DNA of 64,000 nucleotides from an uncultured Acidobacteriota bacterium (GTDB lineage: Bacteria; Acidobacteriota; Terriglobia; Acidiferrales; UBA7541), in NCBI GenBank assembly GCA_963813185.1, contig CAWEYA010000019.1, forward strand, positions 44,561-108,560, in the 5' to 3' direction. The position numbers and the translations under genes are program-made. The notes beneath the pieces are model-generated. The model had not been told where the DNA came from. It made no database searches and was given only the letters and a program-made list of their open reading frames with translations. Shown here piece by piece: positions 53,482 to 61,306 of this stretch. Numbering within the stretch: the stretch's first letter is position 1; each line of letters begins with the position of its first letter.

Positions 53482-54783
53482 TCAGCCCTGGACCAGATCG
53501 CGCAGCAATTGCTCCGCGCGACCACGCTCCAGGGCATATTCCGCGTCCGTAATTGTGCCGGCCTGGCGCCGCAATTCGAGACGCAGCAAGGTGTCTTTCA
53601 GGGAGTCCAGATTCGAGTTCACTTCGCGAGTGACCTTCTCCACCGGCGGCGGCGCGGGCGCGGCTTGCACAGCCTTCGCCTGGGCGGCTTTCTGCGCCTT
53701 GCGGCCTTTGGGAGCCGCGGGAAGTGAGGGAGCGCTTACCAATTCAGCAACCGGCTTGCGCATCAGCAGACCCACGCCTACGGCGAAGATGGCCGCAAGG
53801 CCGCCGAGCAAAATCCACTTTTCATCATCGAGGCGCGCCGGTGCGGTTTCAATAGTCGATTCCGGGCCGGAGTCCCGGCCGTTCACCTGATCCGGGGAGG
53901 AAGAGGCCGAATTTTCCGTGGGGGGAGGAGCGGTCCCCGAAACCTTGACGTCAAATCCCATTCCGGCTTTCAAAGATTCCTTTGAAAATACGTTGTAGCC
54001 TTGCTCCGTGCCCGCGGAGTTGAATCCCGCGCTGGCCACTTGCATGGTCGGCGGAATGACCAGCAGGACGCGTTGCGCGTCATAGGTAGAGGATTCGCGG
54101 AATTGGGCCTGGTTGCCGGTGTAAGGAACAATGTAGGAGATGCGCACGCCGTTTTGCCCCGGCTGAAAAGCGTACGAAATGGAGTAACGGCCCTTGCCTT
54201 TGTCGATCGTCCCCTGGCGCACGGGCATGCCCGAAGGACCGAACGTCGAAACCTGGTCCAGGTCGGCGCCTTGCGGAATGGTGAACTCGAAATTTCCGTC
54301 CTGCTTGAAAAAAGCGGCGGGGGGATTCGAGTTGTTCTGGACGGAATATTCCTCGCCGACCATCAGTTTGTCGCCGTTGGGCTGGAAAACGAGCAGGCGC
54401 AGCGGAACCTGGATGGCGGCGGGATTGGTGGTCGGTTCGTAGATTGTGACGTCGACGTTTGCAGTGCCCGGCGTGAGCGGCTGGTGAAAGAAAACGCCGC
54501 GATAGACCGCCCGGATCAACATGGGGCCCTGGCCAATGCCCGGGTTGTCAAAATGAAAGCGCCCGTCGGCGTCCGATTTGGTGCTGGCCACTACCGACAT
54601 GCCGCCCTGCAACTGGATGAGCAGGACATCCACGCCCGCTGTCGCCGTATTGTTGTTCGTGCCGTTGTGCACGATGCCTGTAACCGTTCCGGCTTGAGCA
54701 GCGGCCGCGGAAACGAGCAACAACAGTGCGACGATGTATACGCGCCGCGAGGCAAGCAGGCGGTTCCACGATTTCATGAGCAA
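53482..54783 (-). CDS. Secreted CarboxypepD_reg-like domain protein with a transmembrane anchor and cytoplasmic coiled coil, embedded in the ccm cluster
   Basis: Signal peptide, GTVTGIVHNG...DADGRFHF, transmembrane helix WILLGGLAAIFAVGVGLL, C-terminal helical tail. Confidence 0.6.
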   Translation of the reverse strand: MLMKSWNRLLASRRVYIVALLLLVSAAAAQAGTVTGIVHNGTNNNTATAGVDVLLIQLQGGMSVVASTKSDADGRFHFDNPGIGQGPMLIRAVYRGVFFHQPLTPGTANVDVTIYEPTTNPAAIQVPLRLLVFQPNGDKLMVGEEYSVQNNSNPPAAFFKQDGNFEFTIPQGADLDQVSTFGPSGMPVRQGTIDKGKGRYSISYAFQPGQNGVRISYIVPYTGNQAQFRESSTYDAQRVLLVIPPTMQVASAGFNSAGTEQGYNVFSKESLKAGMGFDVKVSGTAPPPTENSASSSPDQVNGRDSGPESTIETAPARLDDEKWILLGGLAAIFAVGVGLLMRKPVAELVSAPSLPAAPKGRKAQKAAQAKAVQAAPAPPPVEKVTREVNSNLDSLKDTLLRLELRRQAGTITDAEYALERGRAEQLLRDLVQG

Positions 54784-54888
54784 AGTAAACTCTCGTAAAT
54801 TGAAAACATTCGGTCGCTTCTTCCACGAACTATCATGTGGAGCGTATGCAGAACACTTGAAAATAGCCGGACCCTCGCGGCCGGTTTT

Positions 54889-54962
54889 AGTGGCACAGGC
54901 TTCAGCCTGTGGGTTTTAGTGCTTGCAAGGTCCAAACCCCACAGGCTGAAGCCTGTGCCACT
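54889..54962. repeat. Type-B REPIN-like double hairpin (GTGGCACAGGC)
   Basis: agtggcacaggcttcagcctgtgggtttt - agtgcttgcaaggtcc - aaaccccacaggctgaagcctgtgccact. Confidence 0.9.
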
Positions 54963-54975
54963 AGAACCATATGAA

Positions 54976-55335
54976 TTATTGCCGAGGGTTCGCGGCGGTG
55001 GCCGGGTCGCGGCGCGGAATGGGCGCTTGATTCCCGGTCACGCGTTCAATTTCCAAAAGCACTTGCGCCGCCTCGTTTTCCAGCGCGTCCCTCATCTGCT
55101 CGTAGTCCTGCTCGGCGTACTTCCCCGCGCGGTTTTCAAATTTCAGATCGCGCAAATTGTCGTATATGGAGTCCCGGCGCTCGAGGAGCTGATCGAGCTG
55201 CGAGCGGTGCGGCGCGGAATCTCCCGGATCGGGCTCAATCCAAAAAACAAAGATGACCACCGCGAGGGTGAGAACGACGCACGCGGACAGCATTACCGCA
55301 TCCGGGAACATTGCCACGATAAGAGCAAGCGTCAT
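54976..55335 (-). CDS. Small membrane protein, possibly a CcmI N-terminal-like protein
   Basis: One transmembrane helix, then RSQLDQLLERRDSIYDNLRDLKFENRAGKYAEQDYEQM. Assignment is by context and weak pattern. Confidence 0.4.
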   Translation of the reverse strand: MTLALIVAMFPDAVMLSACVVLTLAVVIFVFWIEPDPGDSAPHRSQLDQLLERRDSIYDNLRDLKFENRAGKYAEQDYEQMRDALENEAAQVLLEIERVTGNQAPIPRRDPATAANPRQ

Positions 55336-55357
55336 CTTTTTTTTCCGTGCTCCTTCT

Positions 55358-55876
55358 TCAGTCCTCGGTCTCGCGGTCCACTTGCTTGCGAGCGCGTTCC
55401 AATTGCACATCGCGAAGTTCGGAAGCCGCGTCTTGCGGAACGGGCGGCGCGCTGGAAGCGGTCGCGAGCCGCGCCACATCGCGCTGCCGCCACAACCGGA
55501 TCAAAGTAATCACGATGCCGAGCCCGATGGCAAACGCCACGCCCGGAATGTACCAGGCGATGCTGTTAAATCCCTTGGTGGGCGGCGCGCTTAATACTTT
55601 TTCGCCGTACTCCTGCACAAAATCCTGAACGATCAGGTCGTCGGCCTCGCCCTTGGCGACGTGCGCATCCAACTCCTTGAGCATCGGGCCGGACGACGGG
55701 CAGTTGATGTGATTGCACTGTGTGAGGATCTGGCCGCAGCCGCACATGCACATCAGCTTCGTGCCCAGGGATTTGGCGCGGTCGGTTTTCTGCGCGTCCA
55801 CATGCAGGGGAACGAGAGCCGAGGCGATCGCCACGCACGCGGCGCAAATGATCGCAAGTCGCCGCCGGTTAGTCAT
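55358..55876 (-). CDS. ccmH: CcmH/NrfF-family protein with an atypical Cys motif
   Basis: DLIVQDFVQEYGEKVLSAPPTKGFNSIAWYIPG matches the CcmH core. The Cys region is LMCMCGCGQILTQC rather than LRCxxC. The ATG overlaps the ccmF stop (ATGACTAA). Confidence 0.7.
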   Translation of the reverse strand: MTNRRRLAIICAACVAIASALVPLHVDAQKTDRAKSLGTKLMCMCGCGQILTQCNHINCPSSGPMLKELDAHVAKGEADDLIVQDFVQEYGEKVLSAPPTKGFNSIAWYIPGVAFAIGLGIVITLIRLWRQRDVARLATASSAPPVPQDAASELRDVQLERARKQVDRETED

Positions 55877-57947
55877 GACTGTCCGGCAATTGCGATCGAG
55901 CGGAGTATGGCACCTGCGCAGCTTGCGTCCCACCCGGCACCGGCGAGGAAGCTCCCGCGCCGGCTGCAGAAAGCACCATAACCGCTTGGCGGTTCGGCAA
56001 AAGAGCGAGGATCGTTCCCAAGACAACCACCGCGCCGCCCAGCCAGATCCACTTCACCAGCGGATTCAGGTAGGCATGAATCACGGGAAGGTTCGTGTCC
56101 GGATTCGTTCCGGCATAGACCACGTAGAGGTCTTCGCGAAGCGTCGAGGCGATTGCCACCATCGTGCCGGATTCCTGGTTGGAGGGATAAAAGCGCCGCG
56201 TAGGATAAAGCATCATCACGGAGCGGCCGTTCTTTGAGACATCAATCGTGGCGCGCTCGGCGCTGTAATTGGGCGCCGAAGTGGAGTCGTAATTTTGCAG
56301 GCCAAGGTCATAAGGTCCGATTTCCATATGGGATCCGGCCGACATGTCCATCTGCTTGTCTTGATTGAAGGCCTGGCCACAAATGCCGATGAACACAAGC
56401 ACCATTCCGAAGTGGACGACGTAACCGCCGTAGCGCCGCGTGTTGCGCATGGTGAGCTGCGAGGCGGCGGAAAACAGATTCGCTCCCGTGCGCGCGGAGA
56501 TCACGCGCGCGCCGCGATAAAACTCGGAGAGTATCGTCAGCGTCACAAACGCGGAGAGCAACAGGCAAAGCGTCACGTAAAATTCGCGCAGTCCAAGCGC
56601 GACCGCGATAACTGCCGCCACGATGCCGCCGATCAGCGGAAAACCGAAATTCTTTTTCAGGCTTTCCACCGACGTCTTCCGCCAGGCGAGCAGCGGGCCA
56701 ACGCCCGTCAGAAACAGCAGGAACATGGCGATGGGAATATTCACGCGGTTGAAAAACGGAGGGCCGACGCTGATCTTCGCGCCGCGCACCGCTTCCGAAA
56801 GCACCGGGAAGAGCGTGCCCGCCAGAACCGCGACGCAGGCGACGAGGAGAATCAGGTTGTTGAACAAGAAGCTGGACTCCCGCGAAAGCATGGAGTCCAG
56901 TTGATTGTCGCTGCGCAGGTAATCGCGATTCTTGAAGTACGCCGCGAGGCATACGAGGAGGATTATCAGCAGGAAACTCCAAAACCAGTGGCCGATATTC
57001 GATTCCGCGAAGGCGTGCACTGAATTGACCGCGCCGCTGCGCGTCAGCGAAGTCCCCAGGATGCACAGCATGAAGGTGAGGAAGACCAGCCAGACGTTCC
57101 ACACCCGCATCATCCCGCGCTTTTCCTGCATGATGACCGAATGGAGAAAGGCTGTTCCGGTCAGCCAGGGCATCAACGAGGCATTTTCAACCGGATCCCA
57201 GCCCCAGTATCCGCCCCATCCGAGGACGGCGTAGGCCCAGTGCGCCCCGAGCAGAATTCCCGCCGACTGAAACGCCCAGGCGATCATGGTCCAGCGGCGC
57301 GTCAGGTGAATCCACTTTTCTCCCGGATAGCGGCCGAGGAGCGCGGCCAAAGCAAACGCAAATGGAATCGTAAAGCCCGTGTAACCCGAATACAGCGTCG
57401 GCGGATGGATGGCCATCTCCGGATACTGCAGGAGCGGATTGAGGCCGCTTCCATCGGCGCGCGTGGCCAGGTGCAGAATCCCTCCGGCGCCCGAACCCGC
57501 GAACACCTGGAAGGGGCTGGCGACAAAATTATTCATGGTCAAAAAGAAAATCTGAACTCCGGCCAGAACCACTCCCACATACGGCATCAGCTCCGGATGT
57601 TTCCCTCTGTACGTAAAGAGAGCGGAAAAAACATAAATCGAAAGCAGAAAACTCCAGAAGAGCAGCGAGCCTTCCTGGCCCGACCAGAGCGCGGAAAATT
57701 TGTAGTACGGGGAGAGAGCGCGGTTGCTGTGCGCCGCGACGTAGGCCATCGAATAATTGTCGGTGTAAAACAGGTACCACAGGCTGAGGGTTCCAATCCA
57801 GATGAGGACGCAGACCGCGAAGCCGGCATTGCGCGCGGATTTAATCAGGAGGGGGCGCCGGGTGATGATCGCGGCGATGCCTCCGAAAATCGCATAGAGC
57901 GCGAAAGCAAATGCCAACAACAAGGCGTAAGAACCGAAAAGATCCAA
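55869..57947 (-). CDS. ccmF: Cytochrome c haem lyase subunit CcmF
   Basis: 692 aa, WGGYWGWDPVEN tryptophan-rich motif. Confidence 0.9.
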   Translation of the reverse strand: MDLFGSYALLLAFAFALYAIFGGIAAIITRRPLLIKSARNAGFAVCVLIWIGTLSLWYLFYTDNYSMAYVAAHSNRALSPYYKFSALWSGQEGSLLFWSFLLSIYVFSALFTYRGKHPELMPYVGVVLAGVQIFFLTMNNFVASPFQVFAGSGAGGILHLATRADGSGLNPLLQYPEMAIHPPTLYSGYTGFTIPFAFALAALLGRYPGEKWIHLTRRWTMIAWAFQSAGILLGAHWAYAVLGWGGYWGWDPVENASLMPWLTGTAFLHSVIMQEKRGMMRVWNVWLVFLTFMLCILGTSLTRSGAVNSVHAFAESNIGHWFWSFLLIILLVCLAAYFKNRDYLRSDNQLDSMLSRESSFLFNNLILLVACVAVLAGTLFPVLSEAVRGAKISVGPPFFNRVNIPIAMFLLFLTGVGPLLAWRKTSVESLKKNFGFPLIGGIVAAVIAVALGLREFYVTLCLLLSAFVTLTILSEFYRGARVISARTGANLFSAASQLTMRNTRRYGGYVVHFGMVLVFIGICGQAFNQDKQMDMSAGSHMEIGPYDLGLQNYDSTSAPNYSAERATIDVSKNGRSVMMLYPTRRFYPSNQESGTMVAIASTLREDLYVVYAGTNPDTNLPVIHAYLNPLVKWIWLGGAVVVLGTILALLPNRQAVMVLSAAGAGASSPVPGGTQAAQVPYSARSQLPDSHD

Positions 57948-58063
57948 ATCAAGTCCTCGATTCTGTGCTGTTCACCGGCATCCCACGGAGAAATTTCCGA
58001 TTCACAAGCCATCCGGAGCAATTCGGACAGCTCCCTCTGTTTCCTACCGCTCGAACAATGAGG

Positions 58064-58510
58064 CTAGCTCTTGCCGTTTTGATACGAATCTCCGGTCGTG
58101 TTGCCCGGCTGCGACTGGCCATTCGGCGCCGCCTCATACTTAGACGCGCACTTGGCCTGAAGCGTCTCGGCCACAAATCGCCCGTCGGGCTGCACTTTGC
58201 CTTCGACCAGGCATTGCGCGCCATCCTTAAACGTATCGGGAAGCGGATCGGTGCCCACGTAGCTGACAGGGAGGGTTTTTCCCTGTTCCACCAGCACGAA
58301 ATCCACGCGGCCGGAATAGTGCTGGATCGAACCGTTCTGCACATCGCCGCCTACGCGCAGGCGCTGGTGCAACGCCGTGCCATTCAGCGTGGGAATTTCC
58401 GAGATTGTATGGTAGTACGTCTTGCTTTGCTGCGCGCCGACATAGGCCAGGCAGGAAAGAGTGACGAGAATGATCGCGACTCCAATGCCAAATTTCGCTT
58501 TTGCTTTCAC
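58064..58510 (-). CDS. ccmE: Haem chaperone CcmE, CxxxY variant
   Basis: N-terminal anchor and OB-fold-like body. AKCASKY replaces the canonical HxxxY. Confidence 0.8.
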   Translation of the reverse strand: MKAKAKFGIGVAIILVTLSCLAYVGAQQSKTYYHTISEIPTLNGTALHQRLRVGGDVQNGSIQHYSGRVDFVLVEQGKTLPVSYVGTDPLPDTFKDGAQCLVEGKVQPDGRFVAETLQAKCASKYEAAPNGQSQPGNTTGDSYQNGKS

Positions 58511-59187
58511 GATTTACCCCCTGCTCGTAAATCACGCTGCGTCGATGTAACTTGAATTCTATCATACCCGGAAGAAAGATTTTCGCGAGCTGGCACAGTT
58601 GCCACCGCTTTTTGGATCAGGTCCATCCATCCCCGGTCCCCAGTCCCCGGGGATGGCAGAGCTAGTCCCTGGTCCAGGGTCAGGATGGGTCCAATTCCCG
58701 CGACTCTTAACATCTCGACCAAAGGGAACAGCTCTTGGCCGAGCAGCGCAATGTGTTTTGGCTTGTAATTGAAGCGGATTCGCCGAATCAGCGTCGGTGA
58801 GAGACGCGCAACGGTCGTCGCGGGGGGTTCCCCGTTTTCGGGTATCCGGCATTCCGAAAGATAAGCCAGGTAGTACCCTCGGTGCTGAAATTCAGCGAGT
58901 CTGGCGGAGGCATTCGCAAGAGCGTCCAATTCCGGCGCAACCTCTTCGACGCGCGAGGAAATTTCCAGTGCGTCCAGGAATGGATCGAAGAATTCCTTTG
59001 ATTCCGCGGGGCCGTAGAAATCGTCTTCCAGGCGAACGGAGGGCGCCAAAGCTACGAAGAGAACGCTGATGTGCACCGGACGAAACCGCGTGGAGAGTTC
59101 GAGCCGCCGGAGCCGCTCGGCGATGTGTTCAGGCGACGCGGGAAGACCGCAACCATCGCAAGCAAGACAATTCGGCGAAGTTTCCAT
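58507..59187 (-). CDS. Hypothetical protein translationally coupled to ccmE
   Basis: 226 aa, N-terminal CLACDGCG, 4-nt overlap with the ccmE start, no recognisable family. Confidence 0.55.
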   Translation of the reverse strand: METSPNCLACDGCGLPASPEHIAERLRRLELSTRFRPVHISVLFVALAPSVRLEDDFYGPAESKEFFDPFLDALEISSRVEEVAPELDALANASARLAEFQHRGYYLAYLSECRIPENGEPPATTVARLSPTLIRRIRFNYKPKHIALLGQELFPLVEMLRVAGIGPILTLDQGLALPSPGTGDRGWMDLIQKAVATVPARENLSSGYDRIQVTSTQRDLRAGGKS

Positions 59188-59270
59188 ATACGTTCAGCAT
59201 CCTACAGCAAATAGCCGGTGAAGGGTTACGGGAATCAGACGAATGCGGAGACCGCGATTTTATAGGCAGA

Positions 59271-59585
59271 TTATTGCGCGCCGAAAGGCTGGTTTTGGTA
59301 GCGCCGGCGACGGCTCTCTTCATCGAATTGTAATAAATACCGGCAAGATGACGGCGCTGCCAGAGGCGCCGGTACCAGGGACTCCAAAACCGCCAAGAAG
59401 TCGAAGGGCGCGCCGTAATCGGGGACGGCGCGCCCTTCGATGCTCAACTCTGCAGCCTGGGGGTCCAGGGGTGGATTCAGACCGCAGCGTTGAGCAGACT
59501 CAAGAAACGGGTCTTCAGGAAAAAACACGGGCGCGGGCAAAAAGTTGCGGATGATGAAATGTCCTGCGTTTAAACAGGGTACCAT
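59271..59585 (-). CDS. Hypothetical protein
   Basis: 104-aa ORF on the same strand as its neighbours. The opposite-strand ORF is Arg-rich and typical of antisense. Confidence 0.35.
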   Translation of the reverse strand: MVPCLNAGHFIIRNFLPAPVFFPEDPFLESAQRCGLNPPLDPQAAELSIEGRAVPDYGAPFDFLAVLESLVPAPLAAPSSCRYLLQFDEESRRRRYQNQPFGAQ

Positions 59586-59628
59586 ACGAAAATCGCTGGG
59601 GACACCTGGCGCGTCCTGACGGCAGACC

Positions 59629-59982
59629 CTACTTGTCCAGCTTGTTTTTGAGGCAATAATTCAATTCGGGGCTGATCTCGGTAATTTCCATGCCTGCGCT
59701 CACCAGAAACTTGCAACTCAGGAGGTCGTGCGGGCGGTCTTCATCGGTGAGTTTGCCTACCACGCGGCAATATTGGCAGTCCTGATTCCAACAGAAACGC
59801 CCATAGGGGATAGTTTCCGGGCTGATGTACTGAAAGCAGCGAAGGATCGTGTTCTTTTCGGGGACTTGGAAAGTCTTCCCCATGACCTTGATTTCTATCA
59901 AACGCTCATAGGGGCGAAAAACCTGAGTCGTTCCATTCGATGCGGAAGTTTCCGATTCTTGAGGTCCCGTTTGCTTTGACAT
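59629..59982 (-). CDS. Small Cys-rich protein, probably 2Fe-2S ferredoxin-like
   Basis: 117 aa from the internal ATG. Cys spacing is FCWNQDCQYC...C. Confidence 0.45.
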   Translation of the reverse strand: MSKQTGPQESETSASNGTTQVFRPYERLIEIKVMGKTFQVPEKNTILRCFQYISPETIPYGRFCWNQDCQYCRVVGKLTDEDRPHDLLSCKFLVSAGMEITEISPELNYCLKNKLDK

Positions 59983-60201
59983 GAGAGGCCTGTCTCCGTT
60001 CACCAAGACTATGACGAGAAGGCACGGCGCAACAATGAGGATGCTGGAAAGTGGTGCGAAACTAGCAACGCTCCCTTGCACCCCGGAAAATGCCGCCCTG
60101 AAGGGCAAGTCATTGGCCTCGCCCGTGGGACGCCTGCGATCTTGCGACGCGTATCGAGCGAAAAAATCGCCGGCGAGTCGCCGGCGCCACATCCCGGCGG
60201 A

Positions 60202-61158
60202 TTAGATTTGAGCAGCCTCAAAAAACTGGCCCATGCGACGAAATTTTTCGTACCGACGATTGAGAAGTTCGGCGATCGGGAAGTGTGTAAGATCGCGAAG
60301 CGCGCGGAAGAGAACTCTGTCCAGCAGCGCAGCGGAAGCTTCGTGATCCAGATGCGCGCCGCCTTCCGGCTCGGAAACGATTTCGTCGATGATTCCGAAC
60401 TCCTTCAGGTCGGTTGGGGTAATCTTCAGCGCTTCGGCGGCGGTTTCCGCTTTGGCCGCATCACGCCACAGAATCGAGGCGCAACCCTCGGGAGATATGA
60501 CGGAGTAGACGGAATTCTCGAGCATATTCACCTGATCGCCGATGGCGATGGCCAGAGCGCCGCCCGAGCCGCCTTCTCCGGTGATGGTCACAATAATGGG
60601 AACGGGAAGACGCGCCATTTCGCGCAGATTCCGTGCGATGGCTTCGGCCTGGCCGCGCTCTTCCGCATCGATTCCGGGATAAGCGCCCGGGGTGTCAACA
60701 AAGGTGAAGATCGGGCGGCCAAACTTGGCGGCGAGCTGCATAACACGCAGGGCCTTGCGGTATCCCTCGGGCTTGGCCTGTCCGAAATTTTGCGCCACGC
60801 GCTGCTTGGTGTCCCGGCCCTTTTGCTGGCCGACAAGCACGACCGGACGCCCATGGAAGCGCGCAAAACCTGTCACCATTGCGGCATCATCGCCGTACGC
60901 GCGGTCGCCGTGCAGTTCATGGAAATCCTCAAACAGGATGCGCACGTAGTCCATCATGTAGGGGCGTTGGGGATGGCGCGCCAGGAGGGTCCGCTGCCAG
61001 GCGCCCATGTGCTCGTAAAAGTCGGCCCGCAATTGCGCGACTTCGCCGCGCAGACGGTCCAAGTCAACGGAAGGAACTTCCGGTCTGGTCATGCGCTGCA
61101 GGTCGGCTAATTCCCGCTCCAGCTTGGCAATTTCTTCTTTACGAGATTCTCGGGCCAT
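60202..61158 (-). CDS. accA: Acetyl-CoA carboxylase carboxyltransferase alpha subunit
   Basis: 318 aa, [32 protein letters not shown]. Confidence 0.9.
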   Translation of the reverse strand: MARESRKEEIAKLERELADLQRMTRPEVPSVDLDRLRGEVAQLRADFYEHMGAWQRTLLARHPQRPYMMDYVRILFEDFHELHGDRAYGDDAAMVTGFARFHGRPVVLVGQQKGRDTKQRVAQNFGQAKPEGYRKALRVMQLAAKFGRPIFTFVDTPGAYPGIDAEERGQAEAIARNLREMARLPVPIIVTITGEGGSGGALAIAIGDQVNMLENSVYSVISPEGCASILWRDAAKAETAAEALKITPTDLKEFGIIDEIVSEPEGGAHLDHEASAALLDRVLFRALRDLTHFPIAELLNRRYEKFRRMGQFFEAAQI

Positions 61159-61306
61159 AAATTTTAGGAATGCGATTGCGACCTATCTCATGATTCCATG
61201 AAAGCGTATCGTGTTCGAAGCTCCAGGGGCCAAAGCCCAGTCTTTCCTGCCGTTTTTATGTCGCGGCCGAAGCCGCGACCCACAAAACACATTCTTTAGC
61301 CGACTC

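Noticed and set aside
53400-53537. The long N-terminal extension of CcmA in ORF 52686-53537
   Set aside because: The extension (MPWSVVARSNCC...GGPPPG) is not protein-like and overlaps the well-formed C-terminus of the upstream gene. TTG 53399 restores a normal ABC ATPase N-terminus.
61260-61279. The hairpin gtcgcggc-cgaa-gccgcgac downstream of dnaE as a rho-independent terminator
   Set aside because: No U tract follows it in the dnaE direction of transcription. It may still be structural.
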